Source: Chloroflexota bacterium (GTDB lineage: Bacteria > Chloroflexota > Limnocylindria > QHBO01). Taken from it: a stretch of DNA of 64,000 bases. The stretch spans positions 303,246-367,245 of the forward strand of contig JAILWI010000002.1 of assembly GCA_025699005.1 (NCBI GenBank), read 5' to 3'. Shown here in pieces: positions 9,681 to 20,095 of this stretch. The notes under the pieces are model-generated. The model saw nothing but the letters and a program-made list of their open reading frames with translations, was not told where the DNA came from and did no database searches. The position numbers were made by a program, and so were the translations under genes. Position 1 is the stretch's first letter; each line of letters starts with the position of its first letter.

Positions 9681-10699
9681 ATGCGGTCGCCGCGACGGCC
9701 GCCACCCGGGCCCCATCCTTCTCCGTCGTCATCTGCTGCTACACGCTTGACCGATGGGATGACATCGAGAGCGCCGTCGCGTCCGTGGCATCGCAGGCGA
9801 TGCCGGCGCTCGAGACGATCGTGGTCGTCGATCACAACGACGCGCTGCTGGCACGGGCGACCGCGGCGTGGGCCGGTGATTCGGTCCAGGTCATCCCCAA
9901 CACCCGGCAGCAGGGACTGAGCGGGGCGCGGAACACGGGGCTCGAGGCGGCGCGTGGCGACGTCGTGGCATTTCTCGATGATGACGCGCGTGCAGACTCC
10001 GACTGGCTCGCCCAGCTCACGGCCGCGTATGACGATCCCAGCGTCCTTGGCGTCGGTGGCAGCAGCCTCGCAACCTGGGCGACCTCGCGTCCCGGGTGGT
10101 TCCCGGCCGAGTTTGACTGGGTGGTGGGGTGCACGTACCTCGGGCAGCCCGAGACGCGCGCACACGTGAGAAACGTGATCGGCTCCAACATGTCCTTCCG
10201 GCGGGAGGTCTTTGAGGCTGTCGGTGACTTTCGGTCGGACATCGGACGGATCGGCACCAAGCCGCTCGGATGCGAGGAGACGGAGCTCTGCATCCGTGCG
10301 CAGGTCGGAATTGACGGGGGGCGGATCGTCTTCGAGCCGCGCGCGGTCGTGCACCATCACGTGCCTGCATCCCGTGGCCGCGTCGGATACTTCGCGTCGC
10401 GCTGCTTCGCGGAGGGCCAGTCAAAGGCCATGGTGTCGAACATCGCCGGGTCCCGGTTGGGCCTGGCCACCGAGCGATCCTACGTGCGCAGCACGTTGCC
10501 GCGCGGTGTCGCGCGGGCGCTGGCCGCGGCTGCCCGGGGCGAGGTCAGCGGACTCGGCCGGGTGGCGGCGATCGTCTCGGGTCTCTGGATCACGACGGCG
10601 GGGTATCTCGCCGGCATCGTTGCGCTTCGGACCGGGCGCCTGAAGATCAGCGGAGCCGCGGGGCGCGTCGACGCCGGCTCCCGATCGGCCGATGGATGA
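9677..10699 (+). CDS. family 2 glycosyltransferase
   Basis: FSVVICCYTLDRW...IVVVDHNDA...VAFLDDDARADSDWL matches the GT2 GT-A fold with DDD motif. GTGA overlap with the upstream gene. Confidence 0.8.
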   Translation: MNAVAATAATRAPSFSVVICCYTLDRWDDIESAVASVASQAMPALETIVVVDHNDALLARATAAWAGDSVQVIPNTRQQGLSGARNTGLEAARGDVVAFLDDDARADSDWLAQLTAAYDDPSVLGVGGSSLATWATSRPGWFPAEFDWVVGCTYLGQPETRAHVRNVIGSNMSFRREVFEAVGDFRSDIGRIGTKPLGCEETELCIRAQVGIDGGRIVFEPRAVVHHHVPASRGRVGYFASRCFAEGQSKAMVSNIAGSRLGLATERSYVRSTLPRGVARALAAAARGEVSGLGRVAAIVSGLWITTAGYLAGIVALRTGRLKISGAAGRVDAGSRSADG

Positions 10700-11546
10700 C
10701 GAGTTGAACGGCACCGAGGATCAGCCGGCGAGGCGACTGCCGGTCAGCGTGATCGTGCCGGTCCGCAACGGTGAGTCGATGATCGAGGGGTGTCTCGAGT
10801 CGATCTTCGCGTCGGATCCCGCCGAGGTGATCGTCGTCGACGGCGTGTCGAGCGATAGGACCGTCGAGATCGCCGAACGACTGGGGGCCCGCGTCATCAG
10901 CGACGAGGGCCGCGGAGTCGCGGCAGCCCGCGTGATGGGAGCGGAGGCTGCCAGTGCAGAGGTCGTGGCGCTCGTGGACGTCGACGTTGTCCTGCCGCCC
11001 GACGCCCTCCGCGCGCTGCTCGAGGAACTGGTCGAGGGCTGCTACGTGGCGCTGCAGGCGGACCAGCTGAGCATCTCCGGACCAGGCTACTGGGGGCGGG
11101 CCCTCGTGGATCACCATCGGTCCGGGCGAAGCAAAGCGTGGTTCGGCCTCGTGGCGACGGTGATCTGGCGCGACGCCCTGCTGGCGGTCGGCCTGGACAC
11201 GACGTTCGCCTCGGGGGAGGACATCGAGCTGCGATGGCGTCTCGAGCGCTCGGGCGCTCGCATCGGCGTCTCGTCGCGGACCACCGTCTTCCATCGGTAC
11301 GGCGACTCGTTCGCGTTCGCGCGCGGGCAGTTTCTCGCCGACGGGGCCGGGCTGGCGCGCATGGCCCTCAAATTCGGATGGCGAGCCACGCCGCTCCTCG
11401 GGCTGCCGGCCGCTGCCGCCGTCCGCGGGGTCGGCCTCAGCCTCCTCCGCGCCAAGCCGCAGTGGATTCCGTACTACGTGACGTTCTGGGCCCTGAACTG
11501 GGCTGGCATGGTGCGCGCGTTGGGCGATCGGCTCCGAGGCTCCTGA
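10692..11546 (+). CDS. family 2 glycosyltransferase
   Basis: VSVIVPVRNGESMIEGCLESI...VIVVDGVSSDRTVEIA...LVDVDVVLPPDAL fits GT2. 8-nt overlap with the preceding GT2 gene. Confidence 0.8.
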   Translation: MDDELNGTEDQPARRLPVSVIVPVRNGESMIEGCLESIFASDPAEVIVVDGVSSDRTVEIAERLGARVISDEGRGVAAARVMGAEAASAEVVALVDVDVVLPPDALRALLEELVEGCYVALQADQLSISGPGYWGRALVDHHRSGRSKAWFGLVATVIWRDALLAVGLDTTFASGEDIELRWRLERSGARIGVSSRTTVFHRYGDSFAFARGQFLADGAGLARMALKFGWRATPLLGLPAAAAVRGVGLSLLRAKPQWIPYYVTFWALNWAGMVRALGDRLRGS

Positions 11547-11648
11547 CCGTTGGAACCGGGCGATGCCCGCGTGAGCTACGAGGCCATGCCCTTGCTGTAT
11601 CGGCTCGGCGGGCGGTTTCTTCGGCGGGGACCTGGGCCGAACGCGCAC

Positions 11649-12881
11649 ATGACCCTCAGCTCCGTGGCCCTCATCGCGGCCCGCGTCGCAGCGTCGGGCT
11701 TCGGTTTTCTGGCGTGGCTGCTTGCGGCGCGCTTGTTTGCCCCGGCCGAGGTGGGGCTGGCGGCCGGGGCGGTGGCGGCCATGATGCTGGCGGTGCAGAT
11801 CGCACTTGGCGGCTCCGGCTCAGCGGTGATCGCCCTGTTCCCGGGCCGACGCAGCGCCCCATCTCGCCTCTTCGACACGGCGGTCATTGTCGTCACGGTC
11901 GCGGCCCTCGTGGTGGCGATCGTGTTCCTCGTCCTCGCCGCGACCCGCCTCGACGAGCTGCGCGCCATCCCGGCCGATGCCGGCCTCGCCGTGGCGTTCG
12001 TCGTCATGACGCTGTTCGGGACGTTGAACACGCTCTATGACTACGTCTCGGTGGCGATGCGACGCGGAGATCACGTGCTCGTCCGAAACGTGGCCTTCGG
12101 CGTGATGACGCTGGTCGTCCTGGCTCTGGGGGCCGCTTCGGCGCTCGATGGGCCCTTCGCCATCCTGCTCGCGTGGGCGGTGGCGGGCTCCGCGGCGTGC
12201 GCGATTGCCTGGGCCCAGCTGCGCCACGCCGTCGGCTACGTCTTCGCCGCACGGCTCGACCCGGGACTCACGCGCTCGGTCGTCTCGACCGGCGTGCCGA
12301 ATTGGCTTCTCAGTCTGACCGAGCGGCTCCCCGCGCTGATCATGCCGGTGCTCGTGACCGAGCTGATCTCGCCTGAAGCCAACGCGTTCTGGTACGCCGC
12401 CTGGATGATGGCCTGGGTCGTACTGATCATCCCCACCTCCGTCGGGCAGAGCCTGTTCGCCGAAGCGGTCCACCGGCCCACTGAGATCCGGGAAGTCGTC
12501 CGTCATGGAACACGGACCGCTCTCCTGCTCGGCATCAGCGCCGCGGGGGGGATGCTGCTGCTCGCCGAGCTCGCCCTCGGCCTGCTGGGAGCGCAGTACA
12601 GCGCCGAGGGCGCGCTGCCGTTGCGCATTCTCGTCCTCAGCGTTGTGCCCTTCACGATCGTCCAGGCGTACTACGCCGTGAGCCGCGCCCTTGGACGCCT
12701 GCCCGAAGCCATCATCACCGGCGCGATCGGCGGCGCGGTCGCGGTCGCGGCCGCGGTCAGCGCCGGCATCGGGGGCGGGCTGGTGGCGATGGCCGCCGCC
12801 TGGCTGGCGTTCCAGTGCGCCCTCGGGGTGTGGGCCGCATGGCGCTTGAGCCGGATCAGCGCGGCGGTTTCGGACACCTGA
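11649..12881 (+). CDS. polysaccharide flippase (Wzx/MOP superfamily-like), about 12 TM
   Basis: Highly hydrophobic with multiple TM helices throughout. Position after the GT2 genes. An alternative TTG start at 11550 would give 443 aa. Confidence 0.6.
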   Translation: MTLSSVALIAARVAASGFGFLAWLLAARLFAPAEVGLAAGAVAAMMLAVQIALGGSGSAVIALFPGRRSAPSRLFDTAVIVVTVAALVVAIVFLVLAATRLDELRAIPADAGLAVAFVVMTLFGTLNTLYDYVSVAMRRGDHVLVRNVAFGVMTLVVLALGAASALDGPFAILLAWAVAGSAACAIAWAQLRHAVGYVFAARLDPGLTRSVVSTGVPNWLLSLTERLPALIMPVLVTELISPEANAFWYAAWMMAWVVLIIPTSVGQSLFAEAVHRPTEIREVVRHGTRTALLLGISAAGGMLLLAELALGLLGAQYSAEGALPLRILVLSVVPFTIVQAYYAVSRALGRLPEAIITGAIGGAVAVAAAVSAGIGGGLVAMAAAWLAFQCALGVWAAWRLSRISAAVSDT

Positions 12882-13034
12882 CGCGGCGATCGAGACGGGA
12901 CTGCCGTCAGTCCCTGATGGACGATCGCCGACCGCGCTCGGTACGAATTCGCCTCTCGCGTCATCGGGGTGGGTGACCGATCCTGCGTCGGGTCTGATCG
13001 ATCCGCCCCCCCTCGCTGACAGGTACCTTGCCCG

Positions 13035-14996
13035 GTGCGCACGAAGAGCCTTCCCATTTCCGTCCGCGCGACCCCGCGCACCCCTCGCGGTCCTCGTGCA
13101 CCGCGTCCGAACTCCCCCCCGAATCGCGTTGCCACCATCCTGGCCACAGCCATCATGCTGCTCGGTCTGCCGGCCGCAGTCGTCCCGTTCGGCGGGACGC
13201 TGGCAGCGGGCCCTAACCTCACCCTGACGCCCGCCGAGGCGGCCCCCGGCCAGGTAGTCGTCATTCGTGGACAGGCATTTGACCCAGGAGCCAAGGGGCA
13301 GCTGACCGCATCCGACTCCGCACTGCGGCTACCATCGTATCGTGCCGACCGTCGCGGACAGTTCTCCGTCCAATTCACCGTCCCCAGCATGAGCCCCACC
13401 ACCGTGTCGATCTCCGCAATGTCGCGCGTCACGGGGAAGAAGGCGGTTACGACCTCTGCTCAGATCCTGGCCACGGCCGTGCTGACGGTGGTGGTGCCGG
13501 CGTCAAGCCTGCCGCCCGCCGGATCCACCTCGACGCCGGTCGCGGCGAGCCCGAGCTCGAGCGCGACCGCCGCGCCATCCGGCAGCGCGACGGCCAGTGC
13601 CACCGCGTCAGCGCAGCCCTCCACGAGCGCCACTCCGTCGAGCTCGGCCACGCCGGGGACTCCGGGGACGAGCCCATCTGCCACGGCATCGACTGCCCCC
13701 GCATCGCCTGCCCCCACGGCGGCGCCGGTCACGCCGCAGCCGACCACACCGCCCCCCGCGGTCGCGGGTGCGTTCTACGTATCGACGACGGGGAACGACG
13801 GGGGGACCGGCTCCATCGATCGACCGTATCGAACGATCGCCCGCGCTGCCTCCGTCGTTCCGGCGGGAAGCACCGTGATCATCCGCGGCGGCACCTATGC
13901 CGGCTTCGAGGTCACCCGGTCGGGTCTCACCTTCAAGGCGTACCCCGGTGAGGTGGTCGTGGTCGCCGATGGGACGCGCGACGACGTCATCAAGTTCGAC
14001 GGCGTCTCTGGCGGCCAGATCAACGGCCTGATCGTCCAGGGATCCGTAATCCAGTACGGATCCGGTATCAAGATCAAGGAGTCGAGCGGCGTGAGCGTCA
14101 TCGGCTCAACGGTCCGCAACAACAAGACCTTCGGAATCGTGGTCGTGCGCTCGACGTCGGTGCGCCTCGAGGCCAACGACGTGTACGGCAACGCCAACGG
14201 CATCGAAGAGCGCTACGCCGACAAGCTCGTCATCACCGGTAACAAGATCCACGACAACACGACGCCCGTTGACAGCGGCCGCGGAGCCCAGGGCATCAAC
14301 TTCTACAAGTCCACGGGCTCGGTCACCGTGACCGGCAACTCCCTCTGGAACAACGGGACCCACTTCGAGGTCTACGGGGCCAGCAATCTGCTCATCAGCG
14401 GCAACGTGACCTGGAACGGCCAGATCATGGAGACCGGCACCGATGGGCCGCCCTGCGACAACAACCGCTACATCCGCAACATCGGCTACCGCGGTGCCGG
14501 CTTCAACGGCATCGCCAACGGCATGATCCTGCGCTGCGCGTCGAACAACCTGATCGCGCACAACACGCTCCAGGGCTTCGACCAGTTCGCCTTCGACGTC
14601 GTCGATGGCACGCAGGGCGTCGCGTACGGCGGCTCGATCGCCGGCCTCCGCATCGTGAACAACATCGCGGTTGGAGGCCGAGCCTTCAGCATCGACAACA
14701 CCCTGCCGGCTTCGGTGGTCATCGACCACAACCTCGTCTACAACGTGGGATCGACGGCCGTTTACGGCCACCATCTCGCGTACGTGGCCGGGAAGGGCAA
14801 CACATCGTCACTCGACACCTTCCGGTCGTGGACCGGACAGATGGCCAACGGCATCTTCGCCGACCCGAGGTTCGTCGACGGCGCCAACCGCGACTACCGG
14901 CTGCGGGCCGATTCGCCCGCCATCGATCGCGGCCAGGTCGTCCTGAGCGACGGGATGACTGGCGCGGCGCCGGACCTCGGTCGCTACGAGCGTTGA
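13035..14996 (+). CDS. secreted right-handed parallel beta-helix repeat protein (pectate-lyase-like fold) with Pro/Ser/Thr-rich linker
   Basis: GTG start. N-terminal hydrophobic signal-like segment and a long PST-rich linker. Repeated PbH1-like units (NNKTFGIVVVRSTSVRLEANDVYGNANGIEERYADKLVITGNKIHDNT; SLWNNGTHFEVYGASNLLISGNVTWNG). Confidence 0.65.
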   Translation: MRTKSLPISVRATPRTPRGPRAPRPNSPPNRVATILATAIMLLGLPAAVVPFGGTLAAGPNLTLTPAEAAPGQVVVIRGQAFDPGAKGQLTASDSALRLPSYRADRRGQFSVQFTVPSMSPTTVSISAMSRVTGKKAVTTSAQILATAVLTVVVPASSLPPAGSTSTPVAASPSSSATAAPSGSATASATASAQPSTSATPSSSATPGTPGTSPSATASTAPASPAPTAAPVTPQPTTPPPAVAGAFYVSTTGNDGGTGSIDRPYRTIARAASVVPAGSTVIIRGGTYAGFEVTRSGLTFKAYPGEVVVVADGTRDDVIKFDGVSGGQINGLIVQGSVIQYGSGIKIKESSGVSVIGSTVRNNKTFGIVVVRSTSVRLEANDVYGNANGIEERYADKLVITGNKIHDNTTPVDSGRGAQGINFYKSTGSVTVTGNSLWNNGTHFEVYGASNLLISGNVTWNGQIMETGTDGPPCDNNRYIRNIGYRGAGFNGIANGMILRCASNNLIAHNTLQGFDQFAFDVVDGTQGVAYGGSIAGLRIVNNIAVGGRAFSIDNTLPASVVIDHNLVYNVGSTAVYGHHLAYVAGKGNTSSLDTFRSWTGQMANGIFADPRFVDGANRDYRLRADSPAIDRGQVVLSDGMTGAAPDLGRYER

Positions 14997-15182
14997 CCCG
15001 CTAGGGGTGGGGGCGGCACGAATCGTGGTGCTGCCGCGCACCGGGACGGATCGCCGGGGTCCGGGTGGGAGCGTGGACTCCTGCCCGGCCCGGCTTGCGT
15101 CATGTGACGCCGCGCCTATGATGTCCCGGGCCATCATCATCCCACTGCCCGCCCATGCCCGGCGGCGGAGGCAATCCACACC

Positions 15183-17663
15183 GTGCCATCGCGCTCTCGT
15201 TCCGCTCGCCCAGGGTCACGCCTGACCTCGCTCCTGGCGTGCCTCGTCGTGGCCGGAACGATCCTGGCTGGGCTGACCCCCGGCCGAGCGGCCGCGAGCT
15301 CGGACGTTGGATACAGCGGTCCGTCGTACGGTACGGCATCGGCACCCACCGGCCAGAAGCCACAGAGCAAGCTGTGGTGGAACGACGGCCTGTGGTGGGG
15401 GAGCCTGTTCTCGGCCACGGTGAGGGACTTCACGATCCACCGGCTGGACTGGGCGTCGCAGCGCTGGATCGATACGGGCGTCGTCATCGACGAGCGGAGC
15501 CGGTCACAGGCCGATGCGCTGTGGGATGGCTCACGCCTGTGGGTCGCGACAGCTCAGCGTGAGGGGTCGAAGAGCGGAGACCTGAGCGCACGGATCGTGC
15601 GCTTCTCCTATGACGCGACGACGCGGACGTACAGCCGAGATTCGGGGTTCCCGGTCACCGTGTGGACGGGCGCCATCGAGGCCATGGTGCTGGACAGGGA
15701 TTCCACCGGGATGATTTGGGTCACGTGGACCTCGGAGAATGGGAGCGGCGGTCGCAACGTGTACCTCACCCACTCGACCGGCCCGAACACCTTCCGCAGC
15801 GCCTACATCCTGCCGCTGCCCCAGGCAACGACCCTGGACGCCGACGACATCTCCACGTTGGTGTCGTACAACGGGAAGATCGGCGTCATGTGGAGCAACC
15901 AGACCGAGTCGTCGGTCTACTTCGCCTCGCACGTGGACGGAACCTCGGACATGAGCTGGACGCTCAATCCCGCGCTCCAGGGCCCCAAGTACGCCGACGA
16001 CCACATCAACATCAAATCGCTCCAGGCCGATGCGTCGGGCCAGGTCTTCGCTGTCGTGAAGACGTCGCTGAACGATGTGAACCCGCCGACGTCGAGCCAG
16101 CCCCTGATCCTGGTGCTCACGCTCGACAACAACGGATCGTGGAAGCGCACCACGTTCAGCCGCGTCTCGGACAATCACACGCGCCCCCTGCTGTTGATCG
16201 ACAACGAGAACCGGCAGCTGTACGTGTTCGCCGCGTCGCCGTGCTGCAGCGGAGGCGTCATCTACTACAAGCAGACCTCGCTCGACAATCCGAGCTTCGC
16301 GCCGGGCATCGGCTCCCCGTTCATCCGCCTGGCCAGCGACACGACGATCAACAATCCGACGTCGACCAAGCAGGCTCTGTCGACCGCCACGGGCCTGGTG
16401 GTGCTTGCGGGCGATGATCGGACGAGCCGCTACGTGCACAACGCCATCAGCCTCGGTGGCGGCGACATCACGCCGCCCGCCGTCACGTCGACCGCGCCCG
16501 CGGGAGGCGCCACCGGGGTCGCCGCCTCGACCTCGGTCACCGCGACCTTCTCCGAGGCGATCGCGCCCGCCAGCGTCACGCCGTCGACGTTCACCCTCTC
16601 CGGTCCGGGAGGTCCGGTCGCGGCGAGCGCGAGCCAGGGTCCCGGGGCACAGACGGCGACGCTCACGCCGAGCACTGCGCTTCTCGCGAGCACGACGTAC
16701 ACGGCCACGCTGCGGGGAGGGTCCGGAGGCATCACGGATCTCGCCGGCAACGCGCTGTCCTCCGACGTCACCTGGAGCTTCACGACCGGAGCGCCGGTCG
16801 ACACCACGCCGCCCACGGTCAGCCTCAGCGCCCCGGCTCAGGGGGCAACGGTGAGCGGGGTCGTCACGATCTCAGCGTCGGCGTCCGACGACGTGGGCGT
16901 CACGCGGGTCGACTTCCTGGTTCGCGGAGTGCAGGTCGGGAGCGATCCATCGGCTCCCTACGAGTTCACGTGGGACTCGACGACCGTGGCCGACGGCGCC
17001 GCCGTGATCACGGCTCGGGCGATCGATGCGGCCGGCAATGCGGCCACGTCGAGTGCGTCGGTGACGGTCGCGAACGCACCGACCGGCGCCCTGTTCAGCG
17101 ACGGATTCGAGAGCGGCTCATTCGCGGCGTGGACCCAGGTGCGGACCGGGGCCGATGGGACGGCGACGGTGCAGTCGCAAACCGTGCGCACCGGCTCCTT
17201 CGCCGCCAGGCTCACCAGCACCTCGGCAACGGGCTCCTACGCGTACGCCCGCAGCACGCTCGACACGAGCCAGACCGCCCTCACCGTGAGCGGGGACTTC
17301 CAGGTCACCCAGGCCGGTGCGTCGAACGCGAACGTGCCGATCCTTCGCCTGTTCGATGCGTCGGGCGCGCGCGTCCTGAGCCTGTACCGGCAGAACGGGA
17401 CGAGCGACCAGATCTGGGTATGGGATGCCTCGGGCTATCGCGCCACCACAGGCCGCCTGCCCCTCGGGACGTGGGGCCGCCTGGACCTCGTCGTCACGGC
17501 CGGTGGGACGGGCAGCAGCACCGTGGAGGTGCGCCTCGATGGCGTCGTCGTGAACCGCACGACGACGGCCACTGTGCCCGCCATCAGGACTATCCAGATC
17601 GGAAACGAGACCACGAAGCAGGCCGGATCGATCGTGGTCGACAACGTGATGGTGACCAACTGA
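15183..17663 (+). CDS. secreted multidomain protein: N-terminal propeller-like domain (WWNDGLWWG motif, BNR-like strands), tandem bacterial Ig-like domains, C-terminal concanavalin/lectin-like domain
   Basis: GTG start and signal peptide (LLACLVVAGTILAGLTPGRAAAS). N-terminal domain is paralogous to residues about 430-779 of the 20889-23228 product. Ig-like repeats (DTTPPTVSLSAPAQGATVSGVVTISASASDDVGVTRVDFLV...). C-terminal DGFESGSFAAW...QIGNETTK beta-sandwich. Confidence 0.6.
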   Translation: MPSRSRSARPGSRLTSLLACLVVAGTILAGLTPGRAAASSDVGYSGPSYGTASAPTGQKPQSKLWWNDGLWWGSLFSATVRDFTIHRLDWASQRWIDTGVVIDERSRSQADALWDGSRLWVATAQREGSKSGDLSARIVRFSYDATTRTYSRDSGFPVTVWTGAIEAMVLDRDSTGMIWVTWTSENGSGGRNVYLTHSTGPNTFRSAYILPLPQATTLDADDISTLVSYNGKIGVMWSNQTESSVYFASHVDGTSDMSWTLNPALQGPKYADDHINIKSLQADASGQVFAVVKTSLNDVNPPTSSQPLILVLTLDNNGSWKRTTFSRVSDNHTRPLLLIDNENRQLYVFAASPCCSGGVIYYKQTSLDNPSFAPGIGSPFIRLASDTTINNPTSTKQALSTATGLVVLAGDDRTSRYVHNAISLGGGDITPPAVTSTAPAGGATGVAASTSVTATFSEAIAPASVTPSTFTLSGPGGPVAASASQGPGAQTATLTPSTALLASTTYTATLRGGSGGITDLAGNALSSDVTWSFTTGAPVDTTPPTVSLSAPAQGATVSGVVTISASASDDVGVTRVDFLVRGVQVGSDPSAPYEFTWDSTTVADGAAVITARAIDAAGNAATSSASVTVANAPTGALFSDGFESGSFAAWTQVRTGADGTATVQSQTVRTGSFAARLTSTSATGSYAYARSTLDTSQTALTVSGDFQVTQAGASNANVPILRLFDASGARVLSLYRQNGTSDQIWVWDASGYRATTGRLPLGTWGRLDLVVTAGGTGSSTVEVRLDGVVVNRTTTATVPAIRTIQIGNETTKQAGSIVVDNVMVTN

Positions 17664-17707
17664 GCCGGCGTTCTGGCCGATCGGTCCCGTCCCGCTAAGA
17701 TCGAACC

Positions 17708-19471
17708 GTGAGCGCCCCAGCCATCTCTCGTTCTGAGCGCGTGTCCCGCGTGTTCGCCGTCGATCGGCAGGCGGTCCTCGCGAGCGCGGTTGCGCTCGTG
17801 GCGCTGTTCGTATGGGCGCTCTCGCTCCAGGGGGTCGACCTCGGTCGCATCGACGACTTCGGCCTCATCTCGGCGCTCCCGCTGGCGACGACGCTCTCAA
17901 TGGTGGCGCTGACGGTCAGTTTCGGGCTTGCGGTCCTGGGCGCGCGTCCGAACCGCTTCGTTTTGGCACTTCACGTCGCCGTGCTGCTGCTCATGGTGTA
18001 CGGCCTGCCCTCGATCGTCGAGCCGCTGCCGCGCTTCAGTGTTGCCTGGCGCCACGTCGGGATCGCCGAGGTGCTCACCCGGACGGGCGGCATCGACCCG
18101 TCGGTCAGTGCGTATTTCAGCTGGCCCGGCTTCTTCGCGCTCGCGGGCCTCGTGTCCACCACCATGGGCTGGCAGGACACGATGCCCCTCGTCGGGTGGT
18201 CTCCACTGGCGTTCAACGTCCTGTACCTCGCGCCCGTTGGCATTCTGGCCCAGAGCCTGGTGGCCGATCGTCGCGTCCGGTGGCTCGCCGTGTGGCTGTT
18301 CCTCTCGACGAACTGGATCGGGCAGGACTACTTCTCCCCGCAGGCATTCGGCTTCCTCATCTACCTCTGGATCCTCGCGCTGCTGATCCGGTTCTTTGGC
18401 CGCGAACCAACCAGTTCCTGGCCGGTGCCGGCGAAGTGGCTCCAGCCTGACGTGCCGCCCGTCGAGATCAGCCGTCCCCAGCGTGCCGGACTGCTGGCGA
18501 TCATCTCGGTGCTGTTCTTCGTGCTCGTGGCCTCCCATCAGCTCACGCCGTTTGCCACGCTTGCCTCGATCGTCGTCCTCGTTGCCACCGGCCGGATCTC
18601 GACGGTGACAATGCCGGCGCTCATGGCCGTGCTTCTCGGGGCGTGGCTCAGTTACATGACGGTCACGTACCTCGCGGGCAACCTGAACCAGCTCCTCGAG
18701 AGCATCGGCAGTGTCGACTCGTCGGTCTCGGCGAGCCTGACTGATCGATTGCAGGGATCGCCGCAGCACGTCTTTGTGGCGGTCCTCCGATCTCTGGTGG
18801 CCGTCGCGCTCTGGTCGATCGCCGTTGTCGGCGTTCTTCTGCGCTTCCAGATCGGCCGCCGCGACGTGACGATGGCGCTCCTGGCGTTCATTCCCTTCGG
18901 CCTACTGGCGCTGCAGTCGTACGGTGGAGAGATCCTCCTGCGCATCTTCCTGTTCAGCCTGCCGTTCATGGCCCTGCTGGCGGCCCATGCCCTCGAGATC
19001 ACGGCCAGCGGGAGGCTCACCCGGGTCATGGTCGTTGCGGTGCTCGTCGTGTTCATGGGGGGCTCATTCGTCAGCCGCTACGGCAACGAGCGCATGGACA
19101 TCGTGACGGCCGATCAGATCGCGGCGACCGACGCGCTGTACGAGATCGCTGAACCTGGCTCGCTGCTCGTGGTCGCGGGGGACAACACGTTCTGGCAGTA
19201 TCGCGACTTCGAGCTGCACCGCTATCGGAAGCTCGATCGCGAGGTGGTCGCCGGCGACGTCGACGGCGCGATTGACCGGATCGCGGGGGAGGACCGGCCG
19301 GTCTACGTCATTCTTTCGGATTCGCAGTTCCGCGGGCTCGCGTTGCTGAAGGGAGTCACCGAACGTGAGTGGGCTGCCTTCGAGCGTCGATTTGCGGCGG
19401 ATCCGCGCGTCGAGCGGATCTACGACCAGCCGGCAGCTCGAATCTACCGGTTCGTGCCGGGAGGGTCGTGA
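17708..19471 (+). CDS. large polytopic membrane protein with C-terminal soluble domain (possible GT-C-type glycosyltransferase)
   Basis: 587 aa with about 12-14 TM helices followed by an about 120-aa soluble tail. The architecture is typical of GT-C / DUF2029-like mannosyl- and arabinosyltransferases. First gene of a run of overlapping ORFs. Confidence 0.45.
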   Translation: MSAPAISRSERVSRVFAVDRQAVLASAVALVALFVWALSLQGVDLGRIDDFGLISALPLATTLSMVALTVSFGLAVLGARPNRFVLALHVAVLLLMVYGLPSIVEPLPRFSVAWRHVGIAEVLTRTGGIDPSVSAYFSWPGFFALAGLVSTTMGWQDTMPLVGWSPLAFNVLYLAPVGILAQSLVADRRVRWLAVWLFLSTNWIGQDYFSPQAFGFLIYLWILALLIRFFGREPTSSWPVPAKWLQPDVPPVEISRPQRAGLLAIISVLFFVLVASHQLTPFATLASIVVLVATGRISTVTMPALMAVLLGAWLSYMTVTYLAGNLNQLLESIGSVDSSVSASLTDRLQGSPQHVFVAVLRSLVAVALWSIAVVGVLLRFQIGRRDVTMALLAFIPFGLLALQSYGGEILLRIFLFSLPFMALLAAHALEITASGRLTRVMVVAVLVVFMGGSFVSRYGNERMDIVTADQIAATDALYEIAEPGSLLVVAGDNTFWQYRDFELHRYRKLDREVVAGDVDGAIDRIAGEDRPVYVILSDSQFRGLALLKGVTEREWAAFERRFAADPRVERIYDQPAARIYRFVPGGS

Positions 19472-19472
19472 G

Positions 19473-19853
19473 ATGCCGCTGATCGCGCCGATCGTCATCC
19501 TGGCCTTGACCATGGCTGCCGAGATCGTCGTCCTCGCCAGCGGAGACGGGGTGGTGCGGATGGTGCTCGTGGGCGGCTTCCTGGCGTTTGCCCCCGGGGC
19601 TGCCGCTCTTCGTCCCCTCCAGCTGCCGCTGCAGTCGCTGGCTTGGGCTGGCTTCGCCGTGACGCTCAGCCTCGCAATCACCGGAATCGTGGCCGGAAGC
19701 CTGCTCTACCTGGGTGCATGGTCGGGTGAGCTGGGGGTCACGATTCTGGCACTGATCGTCGTGGTCCTCACGCTGGTCGATCTCCCGACGGTGCGCTCGG
19801 GCGCCCGTGCGCTCGTGCGCATGCTGGGATCGCAGCAGGAGCGAGGCTCGTGA
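19473..19853 (+). CDS. small membrane protein (126 aa)
   Basis: ATG starts 1 nt after the previous stop. 3-4 TM helices. Confidence 0.4.
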   Translation: MPLIAPIVILALTMAAEIVVLASGDGVVRMVLVGGFLAFAPGAAALRPLQLPLQSLAWAGFAVTLSLAITGIVAGSLLYLGAWSGELGVTILALIVVVLTLVDLPTVRSGARALVRMLGSQQERGS

Positions 19854-20095
19854 CCGTCGTCTTCCCCGAGTTCGCGCAGCAGTATGCAGCGAGCTTCACC
19901 TACGACTTTCGCACCACCACCGTCGGGGTCATCGCGGTGATCCTGCTGGTTGTCCTGCTCATCGTCCGCGAGCTCGTGACCGCGTGGCGACTGCCGAGTG
20001 GAGTGCTGAAGCTGGAGCCGATCGACATCGCCATCCCACCTCTGCTGCTGACGTTCGGCGTGGTCGTCCTCGGCCGTTTGGCGGACCTGCTGTGA
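19850..20095 (+). CDS. small membrane protein (81 aa)
   Basis: GTG start overlapping the previous stop. Two hydrophobic helices (VGVIAVILLVVLLIV and IAIPPLLLTFGVVVLG). Confidence 0.35.
   Translation: MTVVFPEFAQQYAASFTYDFRTTTVGVIAVILLVVLLIVRELVTAWRLPSGVLKLEPIDIAIPPLLLTFGVVVLGRLADLL

Noticed and set aside
12671-13432. 253-aa minus ORF overlapping the flippase end and the beta-helix gene start
   Set aside because: No motifs and a low-complexity Ala/Arg/Pro product. It conflicts with two better-supported plus-strand genes.
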